A stretch of 64,000 nt of DNA from Klebsormidium nitens. Lineage: Eukaryota > Plantae > Klebsormidiophyceae. The first letter of the stretch is position 1. Each line of letters starts with the position of its first letter. The notes beneath the pieces are model-generated. The model searched no databases, was not told where the DNA came from, and saw only the letters and a program-made list of their open reading frames with translations. Position numbers and translations under genes: made by a program. Positions 26,601 to 39,060 of this stretch are shown one piece after another. Location of the stretch: the NCBI GenBank assembly GCA_000708835.1, contig DF237204.1, positions 57,320 to 121,319 of the forward strand, written 5' to 3'.

Positions 26601-27804
26601 CGCTGCCACTCGACGCAGCGCAGTGCAGCGGAGTGAACATCTTCTGCAGCGGAGAACACACGAGTTGCCAAGCGGAAACACGTCGTGGTCGGCGTTACGG
26701 CGGCGTCATGCAATGTTTGACTCAACAGAGCGAAACAACAGAAGAGTTCAAGGGAAGCGTTGGCCCTTGCCTTGTCGATGGTGTCGGGGTTGGCCCCCGA
26801 CTCGATGAGCATAAGTAGCTCCACGATGCGGTTGCGCATCACCGCCAGGTGCAGCGCAGACTGGCCCTCCTGCACACGCCAATGGGGCACCCACTTCGAA
26901 AAAATTCTACGGTCTAATCTCGAATGGAGCATACCTTTCGAAGTTCCTTGTGAGGGTCACGTAATCAGCAGCAAGGCACCCCCGACACTCGTTGCTGACG
27001 AGCATCGGAGCACAGACACTGCGCTCATGACGCTGCCTTGGCTTTGTTGCGTACCTGGTCCCGCGCCTCCTTGTCGCAGCTCCTCTCCAGCAGCAGCTTC
27101 ACCACGCCGGTCGCTCCGTTGAACACGGCGTGGTGGAGCGGCGTCCACAGCCCCTGCAAGCCAAAGCTTCCCAACTGGTTCGACACAACAGCACACGTGC
27201 CTTGCAGAATCACCTGCGCTTCAGCCAATGTGTGATGCGAGCTCACTTCAAAGCCTGCAGATGAACCATTCTAGGCAACCAGGCGAGAAGGCCTAGGCAA
27301 GAGCACGTTTCAACCACCTTAGGAGCCTGTTCATCCTAGATCAGGATGTCACAAGTGTTCAGCCAGACACTTGCTCCGGGTGGTACCACTTTCCTCTCCC
27401 TTCATTGCAATCCTTGTCTACGACAATGTGTGCACATGTGCTGCCATCACACCACTCAGCAGTTGTACATTGGTTCGCGCCCGTCTCTCTTGAAGGGTCT
27501 TGCAAAGAGTTGATTAAGAGAAACTTCTTCCGGTCCAATATAATTGCTCGCAAGAAGCTCAACTGTATGCAGCAACACGTGGCTGCCAGGTGGCGCTCAC
27601 CCATTTGTCCTTTGCCTCCATGTTGGCGCCATGGTTGAGCAGCAGGTCTGCGATGCGGTCCTGGCCGTACTTAGCGGCCGTGTGCAGCGGCGTCTGCCCC
27701 TCCAGGTCCACCTCGTTCACGTTCTTGCCTTGCTCCAGCAGCTTCTGCACGTCCGCCAAGCGGCCCTCCTTCACCGCCAGGTGCACCTCCGGCAGCGGCA
27801 ACCC
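17674..27804 (-). CDS. Ankyrin-repeat protein with a very long E/A/R/K-rich coiled-coil; 5' end unresolved, probably upstream of 27804
   Basis: Ankyrin exons are 27601-27804, 27055-27153, 26771-26869 and 26545-26643 (GQTPLHTAAKYG, WTPLHHAVFNG, QSALHLAVMRN, FTPLHCAASSG). About 13 GC-rich exons from 25510 down to 17674 follow, encoding uninterrupted EARAKEAE-type helical sequence. The protein ends ...KKKKGGGMFDKLKAYRMGKT-stop (17674-17676). Confidence 0.85.
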
Positions 27805-30173
27805 CTGCACGCACACCAGAGCACGGCCGTGATACTTGGCTTCTCAGGGCCTTTCTTGAGCCTTTATCTCCATCGTGTGCATGCGCAATCTGATGGGGGA
27901 CAAACGCTTGCGACTGTCAGAGAAGCACACTCCTTGATTACCAAAATGTGGCAGTACGATGCAGCTGTTGATAAGTTCCCACATGGATTGGCACTGCGTG
28001 GCCCCACCGTGCAAGAGACTCAGGAAGTTAGAATGTATGGTCTTTCTGCAGCCTTTTGGACGAGTGTGCCAGCTGTCAAGATGCCCTTCTCGATCAAATG
28101 CAGAAGCAGGGTTGGGATGCCCTGTGGATTCATCCTCACCATTTTCGTTCGTGATGATGCTGCCCTCACAAGGTTCTACACAAGTGTCAAAGACTTGAGA
28201 CTGCGCAGCCCCACTGCTCTTGTCGATGCAGCACCATACCAGATATCCCGACCAAGGACTGGTGACGCCTTTATATCAAAGGTTCTCGACCGTTTGTCCC
28301 TTGTGGCGCAGGCTACTGGCCCGGACACTCCTGCCTTGGCAGCGATGCCACAGCAAGAAGTGTTTGCTTCGTGCCTAATTATATCCAGTACTCCTTCTGC
28401 TAGCCACATCGTCCCTGGATCGTAAGCTGTATGGGTTCCATTGGACACCTTCCCTTGCACCGCAGCAAGCCTAGAAAACTTGAAAGGTGTCAGCTGCTAC
28501 TAGGCCCCGTCGTCATCCGAAGAGGCAATCTGGTCAACCCTGTTGCATTCGCTTTATGGTGGTTGTCGATCATGACTTCAACTTCGACGTCCAAGGGGGG
28601 TGGGTCCCAGGCCTTCTCTTCAAGGCTGTTGATCAGACCATCTGAAGCACCCGGGGTGGACGGTTGTTCTTACTTTACATGCTGGCACGCCTCGGTGGAT
28701 CGTCAGGCATTGCATCGACGAGGACGGTGCTGAAGAACCTAGCTTTTGCCTCGCTCAGCTGCATGATGCATCTTGAATCTCTGAATCTAGGGTCTAAGTT
28801 AGACTCTGATCAGCAATTAAGTTGGCAATCGGACCCCTCTCAGAATCACGTGGTCTCCAAAGGCTGAGTTTGGCAACCCCCGTGGGCCCGCCCTGACCTG
28901 CTTGACGCGGCACGCCCGTGTACACTGACAGCACCAGGTCGCCAAGATCTCGAATCTGCGTTGTCCCAGCTAGGGGTAGCTTGAAGATTGGCCCATAGGT
29001 CATTCTCGATTCCATGTTGACTGATCAACAGTGAGACTTGACTGCCAAGACTGTCCTCGGGGGTACAAACGCAACCGAAACCCTGTGACCCAGATTTGAA
29101 ATTTCTTAGTTTATCACTCTTTAACCCACCCCAAACCTTCGGGCCGAGGCGGACCCTGCCGTCTCCCGGGCACCGTTTTGTTTGACACCAACATGGTCCG
29201 AATAGTCAACAAAACTGGTTGCAATGACTCTGTACATCCCGTATCCACAGCCACCTGGTTGCGCGCGCATTGGATTGATCGATTTCTGCACCGTGCGATG
29301 CGATTGACAGCTTGAAGATCGACGAGTCAGATTGTTCTTATGTGGACAGTGGATGAAACTTCCTGCACAGGCTGCACTCAACGATTCATGAGCCTTCGAT
29401 CAGGCTTCATGAGAAGAGAAGGCAACGCCTGGTGCAGCTCATGATTGTCCGGCCAGGGCGTTGGTGGTGCAGCTCAAAGGCGCACAATTGTTCTAGATTG
29501 TTTTAGACGTGGTTGTGAGCAGACCCAATGCCGAGAGCGCCCCTTCTTGCCAGCATACCTGGAGCTTTGTCCTTCTCCAACTGATGGCTCCTAGCAAAAG
29601 GTGAAGCGGGTGCAATTGCTGGGGAAACATCGAATCCAGTCTTCAATCTTGTGAAAACCCCTTTCTTTAGCACCGTCTTCCTCGGACTGCTATAAGGAAC
29701 ATGCATATGGACACACAGCAACTTCTGCTCCTCACAGCATTGGCACACAAGCATATTCTTACTTCGTGCAACAGTGCAGTCATTTCATGCCACCATTTAC
29801 ATGGCGAGTGCGTTTGCACCAGCTTCAACTGCTGGGTTTCCACGCATGAGAAAGTCTCTCTATCATTGCAGTGCTGTGCAAAGGAATCAACTTATTAAGC
29901 GGGCGGCATTGCGTGAGTTGACACTTCATGTCCTTTGGTCAAGTTGCATAGTTCCAGAACAACAGGGCGTTTTGTTTTGCAAAGTTTTTCAAACCAGCTC
30001 ACATCCGTTTGTTGGTGCTTTACTGACTCTCGTCAGACTTGTCTTGCAGGGACCAGCTTCAATCCCTCCCTTCCTGAGCGGATCCTTTAGGAGGCGCCTG
30101 GCGCCCCTCCCGCTGGACCACCTGTCTCTCCGGCAATTCCCGCCAGCTTGCAAACGGCGCCAAAGCAGTAGAC

Positions 30174-33100
30174 ATGGGTGTCGGCGCAGGTGCCTCGGAG
30201 TTGCGGAACGGTGCTACCTCTATAGCATCTGGCACCCCAAATGGCACCAATCGGCAAGCTAGTGACGCCAAGGCTAGAGAAGGCAGTAAAGTGCTCGCAC
30301 CTCCCACACCCGCTCAGATCGCAGTGCTAGAGAAACAGTACCCTGCATTTGCTCGTACCGACATCTATGGCCCCATGGGGGCAGGGCCCCTTTCTATTGT
30401 AGACACCCTGCGCCTCTGGCTGGGGGGGCTCATTCTCTTCCCGCTGCGGTTGTTGGTAGTTGTCATTATTGTCTTTATCTATTATCTCATTTGCCGGATC
30501 ACCCTTCTGAGGCTGCACAGCTTTAAGCGGAATAGCGGCCCTGCGGCAGAAAGCGCTACAGGGTTGCGCAGGACAATCATTGTGGAGTCAGGGAAGCGAC
30601 TTGCACGCGCCGTGCTGTTTGTGATTGGCTTTTATCACATCAAGAAGGTGAAGCGCGCAGGGGGAGAAAGGACGGTGAGAGCACAGCCTGATTCTTCAGC
30701 TGTCTGGTCTTCTGTATGTCTGATGGCGATGCTTCTTTCACAAAGTTAAGTCCGGCTCTGATGTGTGCCCGTTTGGGCTCAGCTGCTTCCTTTGCAGGCA
30801 CAAAGATTCTTGAGCCTACGTTTAATCTTATCTGTGTCTCAGATGAAACGCCTGCACATCGTCAAAGCTTTAGTTCGAGGAGTGCTGGCATCATCTGGAA
30901 GACACACTGCAGCAACCAATGTCTGCAGATTCAAGCGACTGGGATTGTGTCCAACCACGTGTCATGGATCGACATCCTGTACCATATGTCCGACACCTTC
31001 CCCAGCTTCGTTGCAAAGGTGACCCTGGCACTCCTTTTCGACTTCATGCAAAGTGATTCCAGAACATTTGATTATCTCTCTTCAGCTGTTACTTCCTTCC
31101 TTCTTTTGTGGTCAGCATGTTCAGCAAATTGTATCCGGAGATAGTGGAGACCTCCATGCACTTCTGATCACAACGTACTTTCATATGGAAGCAACATGCA
31201 TGAGGTGTCCTTTGATCTGCGGCCCCATCACGAGTTTCCAACATCATGGCTTCTTTTTTCCTTCGTGCTTGCAGAAAGGTACTTTGAAGGTGCCAATGGT
31301 GGGGCTGATCAGGTGAAACGTCCTTCCAGCCCTCCTCTGCAACTGTCGATCTCCCGATCCCATCAAGAAAGACTGAAAGATCATCAGGAGCCTGAACATG
31401 GCTTACCGCAGCGGCAATCCGGGTCGTGTGTGCTGCCACGTGGCCGACTCCAGCACCCCTCTTGTTCGCATCGCACTTTAAGCAACAGAAAGCGTTCCGG
31501 CGATCACTGCTATCCCCGTCTTCTCTCCTGATTCCTTATGCCCCGTATGCTTCAGCGATGCCAGGGAAAATACTCAAACTGTGCATGAGTCCTCTCACGG
31601 CACAAGTTGGCTGTCCTCTCACAGTGCTCCCCCTCTCCCGCAGCCAGTGCCTGGGGTGCATTTATGTCGATCGCGAAACGGCTGCGCACGTGGGCGTCTC
31701 GACACTGGTCAAGAACAGGATGCTCGCAGTGGCCAAGGACCCTGCCGCAGCCCCCGTACTCCTTTTTCCAGGTAGCCGCACGTCTTGGCGTGCTGTCACC
31801 TTAAACGGAGGAAGCATCAATGATTCCTCCCCCTCGTATCGTCTTGCTGGTTCAAGCGACGATACCTGAATTCATTCCGTGCAGAACCGCCATCACCTTG
31901 TCCACTCTGGTGGTTGCTGGTTGTTACTGCCTTGAGCCCGTCGTCTCGTCATGCTCCCTGCACCTCTGCAAGCTCTCGCCCGTTCGTAACGGCAGAGGCT
32001 GTCATGTAGCGAGGTGCCGCCCGTGCCCCTCTCCCGGCTTGGACCTGCAGTACCGTCAGCCGGTCCTGCATGCTTGTGTTCCCAGCCTCAACCGAGCACT
32101 TGACCGTGACACGAAAATGCGACTCCCCGTGCGCTGCAGAGGGCACGACCACCAACGGGCGGCACCTGCTCCCCTTCAAGACGGGCGCGTTTCTGGCGGG
32201 GACGCCCGTGCAGCCGTACTACCTGCACTTCCCGCACCGCCGCTTCAACCCCGCCTGGGAGACCGTGTCAGCAGTAAGCGGCAACGCCGTTCGCCTCCGA
32301 GGCCGTCCGGTTGGGTTCCCGGGCTATGATCACCATGCAGGCCCTTGGCGACTTGCGAAGTGACTTGTTGAACGATGCATCGAGAGTCAACGCCCTCTTC
32401 CAAGCAGAGTCAAACGAGATGCTGCTGGAGTCGGGCTGTTATCGCACACGGCCAGGCTGCGCTTTGGGTTTCGGTGTGATAGTAGGGCTTCCGTAGAGGC
32501 TTGTTCCGGAGAGAGGGCCGGTTGTGGGCACCTCATGTGCCGTCATGTCGATTTCGGCTTTCGTGGCTGTCTGAGCCTCCTCAAATTCGGAGTTTGCAGT
32601 TCAACGCATGGGGAAGGCTTGCATGAGCATCGCCAAGAAGGATTCTACGCCATACGAGGCGCTGTCTCTGAGCCTCTGGCCGATAGCGTGCTGAGCTTTC
32701 GCTATGGCACGAACCCGTTATCCATATATCATTTCATAAGCAGTGTTTACATTGAAAAGAAGATTCTCGGCGGACTCTTTCATTGCCTTTCGACCAAGGG
32801 AACATAGACTTGGCAAATTCCTTTTTCTTCCCCGTGTTAGCTGATCCACTCGTGCGGATCGCCTCCTCATACGTGTTTTGCTCTGCTCGGCGTCCAGTTG
32901 CGGCACATGTTCTTGCTGTTGAGCCAGCTGGTGAACCACCTGGAGGTGACGGAGCTGCCCGTCTACAAGCCCAGCCTCGACGAGTGCAGAGACCCGCACA
33001 AGTACGCGCAGCGAGTGCGGGACATTATCGCGAAAGAGGTGGGTGGACGCTCCCTTTGCACAGCTGAGGCATGGCCCCTTCCGTGCTGCCTATGTGTGCG

Positions 33101-33496
33101 CCCATCCGCCTCGGCAATGCTTATGTCGGTCTTTGAGCACGTCAGTGCGGCTGTCATAATTTGGCTGGAGCAGTCACAAGAGTGCCTGCTCCGCAAAGCA
33201 TTCTGTTGTCGCAGGAAATCCACCCCTTGGAGTACCATACTCTGACATCTGTCAAGGAAGGGGTTGCTAAAGAAGATCTAAAGATGCTGTGGGAGAGCCG
33301 GAGTCTGGTGACCGTCGAATTCCTTCACTTTGCTTTCGTACTCTTGAACCTTTTCCGTGTCTACTTGAGCGCCGCACCGTTCGTTTTACAGGGGAAACTC
33401 CTCTTGTCTTCCCACGCTTTGTACGAAAAGCGGTGCTACCATGCCGCTCTGTTGGGGAAGGAGCCTCCCCCGCCACCAACAAAGAAGGCAGAATGA
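30174..33496 (+). CDS. LPEAT: Lysophospholipid acyltransferase, LPEAT family (PlsC/AGPAT fold)
   Basis: The spliced product carries NHVSWID (HX4D), FPSFVAK, CIYVDRE, LFPEGTTTNG (junction 31771/32140), FKTGAFLAGTPVQP, FNPAWET and a C-terminal EKRCYHAALLG. A hydrophobic TM segment lies in exon 1 (30174-30673). Confidence 0.93.
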
Positions 33497-33930
33497 AGGA
33501 TGGTCCACTTTGTACACTAGCGGCCCTTGAAAGAATGCTGTCGAGCACCAGCAGAACGGTGAACTCGACACGCCTTTTTTCAAAGATCGAAGTTGCACAA
33601 GTTGATGAAGGAAGTGTGCTAGCATGGTGTCAATCATTGTTCACCATGTTATGAAACTTGGCATGCTTCGGCAAGATCGATCTGCATTGGCCCGGCCTTC
33701 GAGTCACCTCGGGACGGTCTAGAGCCGCATCATGGCATGTCAATCGAGCATCATTGTGTGCAGCAATCTGGCAATGTCAGCACGTACGTGTACATATATA
33801 TCTGTTAATCTAGTCGGTACGCACGTTCAATGAGTCAGCGACTGCAGCTGGCTGCAAAATTTTAGATGGTATGATTGACCGTCGATCTTTCTGTCTACCG
33901 TCGGATGACTTATCGCAGCGGCCATACCCA

Positions 33931-34327
33931 GCGTACCGGCATGAGGTATGATTCCGAATAAATAAATAATTATTTGCCTATCGGAAAGCTAGAAACCCAA
34001 ATCATTTTTGATTCGGAAATTAGTGAACATTCGGATTCAGAAAATAACTGGTCGAGCACGGTCGGAAACTTGAAAGTAACAATTACCAACCGGTCACTCC
34101 AAGCTAGAGCGGCTTTAACCTGGGGCAAAATGGTGGTCGGATCCGAGCACCTAGCTCTAGAACACTCCTAGCTCTGAACGGCCTTCGAAGGCCGTTCAGA
34201 GCTAGGAGATTCGGATTCAGGGACGGTCGCATTCATTAAATAAGTCGCCAAAATCGGTCGTATTATAATTTGATCAAATAATTGTCACTTCCGACCATGT
34301 TCGGAATCATATACCGTGCCTTTACGG
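33931..34327. mobile_element. Degenerate MITE, probable Tc1/mariner type (TA target)
   Basis: It has 28-bp imperfect TIRs: left GCGTACCGGCATGAGGTATGATTCCGAA and reverse complement of right CCGTAAAGGCACGGTATATGATTCCGAA (21/28 identical, inner 12 bp perfect). TA follows the right end and CA precedes the left end. The terminus resembles that of the 57132 MITE. Confidence 0.6.
34165..34208. repeat. Perfect 44-bp palindrome
   Basis: CTCCTAGCTCTGAACGGCCTTCGAAGGCCGTTCAGAGCTAGGAG equals its own reverse complement. Confidence 0.95.
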
Positions 34328-34813
34328 TATTGCATCATGTGCAGAGCATGCGATACTATATATACATGCGTGAAACGTAATTAATATGGCGGCCTCATTC
34401 GCAAACGGTAAGCCGCTGCGCCCGCAGTTTTAGAAGGCGGCGGTGGCAATCATGTTTGGGCCTAGCTGCAAATCACCTGGCACATGCCGGCCGTCGGTCT
34501 ACTATATACACAGACGTCCAATAGCCTTGCAACTTAACGAGCTACAACTGTAGAATGATCAGGCATACAGCTATAAGCAGTAATCGTGCCGCCGCGGTGC
34601 TCAAAGTTGCAGCTCCAAGGCTTGCATGTTTTAGTACTACAGCTCTAGCTTCCGTTCAAGCGTTTCAGAATCAGTAATTTGGATGTTTATAGGGACTCGA
34701 AGTTGAAAGGAGACATTTGAATGCTTCATTGGCCACTTCAGCTGACAATGACTTACATAGAGGTTTAAGTACATTAATCATAACACTTGGGGACATACCG
34801 TGTGCGTTCGTCA

Positions 34814-37800
34814 TCAGGCCTCACTGTACTCGCTCCACACTTTTCGGAACTCTTCTCTAAACGAGTTGAGGCGAGCTTTTAAGTTTGGCGTCCGGAATGA
34901 CGCGTGTGCCAGCACCACTGCAAAAACCACGAAGTGGTGATTTAGCAACCTTTGAAACATCCTGGTGACCTTTTTCAGATTCTTTAAAGAAGAACTTTCG
35001 CACCGCTGCTGCTTGTGCATGCCAAACTACATTCGTGGCTACCAGAACAGTTTTCTGTGACATGGTGGGATTGGGCGTCGAGGTGGGCTACGTATGCAAA
35101 GCCTCGCACCTCCATCATCCGTGACGTGCCGGAGAAGCAACACTTTGACCTGTGTATCGCAGTTGTAAAGAAAGCAAAGTTGACACTGAAAGCCAGACAT
35201 GCCACTGTCCTCAAGCAGAGGCCGCTCTCGCTATCTTCTTTGCCGTTCTGGCTTTGACACCTTGAAGAGGGCGTTCCACTATCGCCTCCTTCTTGCACTT
35301 TTGAGCACAGGAAAAAGGTATGGCTTCTTTCGACTGCCGGCAGAGTGCTTACACAAAGAGCACCGTCTTTCCAAGTGCAGAATGAAAAGTAGACGCCGAC
35401 CGTTTCGAGCACAACACCGCCAATCTCCATCTTGGTGACTCTACCCAAATTCGGAGAATGCTCAAGAGAACACTTGAAGACATACCACCAACGGAGGCCA
35501 CGTCAATGCACTTCCTGCCCCTCAACGCAGGGACATCTGTCCAGGGCGGACCACTCACTGACTATGCTGGCGGCCAGCGCCCCAAACACGGTGACGATCG
35601 CTGACGTCAGCCACCAGAGCACCGCACTAAAGGTGAATAGCACGGCGACGACTGCGCGCCGGTCCTGCCCACAGATCAGGATCACGCCCCGGCTGCGGCT
35701 GCTCCCGGGCTTGGTGCGCGGGCCGGCGTGCCTGCACAACGATAGCACGGCGGGGATGAGAAACACGCGCGGCTCTTCTGGCCACATGCCGGCTTTTCGA
35801 CACAGTATGGATAAGCAGATCATCTTGATTCATTGCAACCCGCTTCATGCAAAGCGTCAATGCTCCTCATGCAAACAGGAACTTGGTCATAAGAGCTGTT
35901 GCGGGCCTGTGCCATTATTTGTCGTTTCTTCTGTTGAGCTGGTCCGGACACGTACAGGCAACCCGCAGAAGCTACGTATGCCTAACGACAAATCTGTAAA
36001 AACCCGCAATCAAGCGGATGAACAGCTGCAACCGTGTGATTGATGGAGTGGGAGAGGGCAGGACCTATGCCGAAGCTTCTGGCCTCAGGGCCCAAGAGCA
36101 ACGTGATCAGAGCGGAACTACCCATGCGACTCCTCTCAGGGTGTGAGATGCGTCAATTCGACCAGACGATATGAGGATGACCAGAGACATGCTCCCTTGA
36201 AAGCTTTTCAGCAAAGAGATGGGCATGAACAGCTTGTCTCGAGGAGGTGAGGAGTCCTGATAAGAAGAGAATTGGGACCGGAAGGGTCCTTACAGAACAT
36301 AAAACACAGATGTCTTTCTGACAAACGAGACCGTCCAAAGCAGAGCGAGCAGGGGGCAACCTCGTCATTATGTAAGTACTGGCCCTGTTTGGTACAACGA
36401 TTGCGCACGTTGAGGCTGCTGAAGTCCTGCCTGGCTTGCCGTTTAGAAGAGTGAGAGTTGCTAGTGAGGTGTTCGTATGCGGAACCCCGACGATAATCGA
36501 GCTTCCAAGAACAAAGTTCAAAGAAAAGAAGCAAAGAAAAGCTGTTCCTTCCTTTTCGTTTCTGCAGAAAAGGCAAGTGCTGTCTCGTCACGCCTCAAAA
36601 CAAAGTTAGAGAACAGTCTCCGAGGCTTACACAGAGACTCCTCGTAGCCGTGCTGCCGTGGGGGGGTGGATTCGTCGGATGGCCCGCATCAAGTTGGTAT
36701 CCAAACTGAGGGCGAAACTGCGCACACGAGCATCGTGGGGCTTCAGTGGTAAAACCTCCTTATGGGACTCGGCCTTCCAGGACAACAGCCTGTCAGGGGA
36801 GCCGATTGCAACTGCAGCGGGGTTTGCGGAGCCTTGAGAGCACCTCTCAGCACAGACACCACAGCAGACGTGCGCTCGGTCTCTCTCCAACATCAAGCCC
36901 CTCATCGTACTGAAGAAGGTAGTGTTACGGGTAGGAGTTGCAAAGATATGCCCCCACTTCAGGTTCAGTCCCACGGATCATCACGTCAAGTCAGTCTGTT
37001 CCACTTCCAGTGTGCACAGTGCTATCCTGCTTTGAGTGTCTGTCTCTTTTGGACTCCAACTTCTGCGAACGGTGTCAACCTCCGTCTTCGACGGATTGCC
37101 ATCACAACCAACATAACAACCCAGGTGGCCACAATGTCAAGAACAACTCGGAGCGCCCACCTGTCATTGAGGCACATGGCGCTGAAGCCCGCCACGGCGA
37201 CGGCGATGAGCGCTGCGGGGTTGCGGGCAAACGCCAGCGCCAGCGTGAGCAGGACGAGGAGGAAGTAGTTGGTGCGGTAGCTGCACAACACACACAACAA
37301 CGCAAGCTGGATCAGCTCAACGACACAGCGCAGCAACTACTGCAACCTGAACAAGTTCCGTTAGCAACCTCTTTGATGGTCCCAATCAGCCGCAGTCGAG
37401 AAGCTAGTTACACAAAAGAAACATGCCCCTCAGGAGAAAACTTTGTGTCGATTCAGTATGATCGTGTTGCAGAGCTGAGATGCTTTTCTAAAAACAAGCA
37501 ACTGGCAAGCAGGGAAGATAGGTAAGCTATCAAGATGAATCGAGATTCGTTTCGAAGACGAAGGCTCGGAGAGACCAGAATATTGATTTGAACTGGAATT
37601 ATCACCGAAACAATCGGAGCCCTCTTTCGTTGAGTCAGCCACAACCACTCCAAGCAACCAATTGGGTGTTGCCATTGTAAATGATGGCAAACAAATCTAA
37701 GTCAAAACTTTCAAAAATATCGCGATTCTGCACTCGCTACTTTTTGTTCTCGTAGAAAGTGTGGGGCATGTGTGGAAGTGAACATCACGCCACCCTTTCT

Positions 37801-38180
37801 ACTTTGCCCGACAAGAATGGGACGAGAGATCTGAGTTACAAACAGTCAACATTGATTAGGGAGACAGCAAAGGAAAAAATTCTCCGCTGTCAAGGCAACT
37901 TCATATGAGGCTGATAAGAGCTTCACACACACTGGGAGCGGCTTCAAGTGCTTGATCAGAATAAGAGGACGATTCACCAGGTATCAGATCATCGTCTAGG
38001 ATTCATGGCTTACTAGTATGCATTGCACTTGAGCCTGCTGGTCAGCTTGCCCTGGAGGTTGCGCGGAGTGGAAAACTTGGAAAAGAACTCATTGAGGGGC
38101 CGTGGCCGCGTGGTCCAGTCCACCTCTTGCAGATTATCCACCAGCTCTTCCAGGGTGACGTTGGACCACACACCCTCCAT
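34814..38180 (-). CDS. PRA1: Prenylated Rab acceptor PRA1, clade A
   Basis: Exons are 38014-38180, 37161-37280, about 36630-36715, about 35545-35745 and about 34814-34935. They give MEGVWSNVTLEELVDNLQEVDWTTRPRPLNEFFSKF...RLKCNAYYYRTNYF...SFALSL...ICGQDR...HASFRTPNLKARLNSFREEFRKVWSEYSEA, the PRA1.A N- and C-terminal signatures. Confidence 0.93.
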
Positions 38181-38420
38181 AGCTCAGGAGCAATGTATGA
38201 GCTACAACGGTGGCGGATCAGGCGAAGCAGGGGGACTGAAGCAGTAGACTAAATGAAAGGAGGTTTCTAGACCGAATGTTTGGCAGAATCGGAGGTGCTC
38301 CTTCCTTCCCTTTGCGTCCTGCCTCGGTGCATGCGAATAAAGCAAAACGTGAAAGCGCCCACAACTTCAAGTTCAAGCGCCTCTACGGATTAGTGCTACT
38401 CTGGGTTTTGTGATCTTTCT

Positions 38421-38525
38421 GCGCTCGGCTAGCTCAGCTGGCTAGAGTGCAGTTCGATACAACTGCCACGTGCCTTCCACTTGTGGTTGGCCCGAAGGTC
38501 CGCGGGTCAAATCCCGTAGTTTGCA
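38421..38525 (+). pseudogene. tRNA-like sequence (pseudogene or tRNA-derived SINE head)
   Basis: A D-arm/box A (TAGCTCAGCTGGCTAGAGT) and a T-arm-like GAAGGTCCGCGGGTCAAATCCCGT are present. I could not fold a valid acceptor or anticodon stem, and the T-loop is one nucleotide short. Confidence 0.35.
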
Positions 38526-39060
38526 ACTTTCTCTGGACGGAATTTACTGTGGATCTGGCTAAAGGTCCTTCGAGTATGCCTGGCTGCGGAGAAACTCTTC
38601 GCTAGCCGGCGCAGAAAGATAACCCGAAGTCACCACTTGAATATATAAGTTAATATAAGGCTTTTTGGTGCTGCTGGCTGGTTGCGAACTTTCAAACCCT
38701 AACTTCTCAATTATTCCGCAGCCTCAGGCTACGAAGTCGGCGGAAAATTGCCAGCAACGGAACCCTGTTACTGAACAGCGCGCAGACCAAACGTGTACCG
38801 GTATGTGGCGATTCCGTTCCGTCGGCGCTGGCGTCCGTTTTGAGCCGGAACGATGCACTGCCAGCAGCACCTGCCCAAGACCACAAAAATCCTGCACAGA
38901 TTGAGACTTGACAAGTACCAAGGTACGGTAGCTGCAAGCAGTGAAGGCCCAGTTGTATGGCAGCCAAAGGGTCCAATTGAAGAACTACTAGAATTTAGAA
39001 GTGCGCCAGGCTGTGGCAGCTAAACTGTGTGCCCCGCTGCTCATCAACAACGTTAATGTG

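Noticed and set aside
27544-28425. 293-aa + strand ORF
   Set aside because: It is partly antisense to an ankyrin exon, starts at a non-ATG codon and has no recognisable domain. The region more likely holds unresolved 5' exons of the ankyrin gene.
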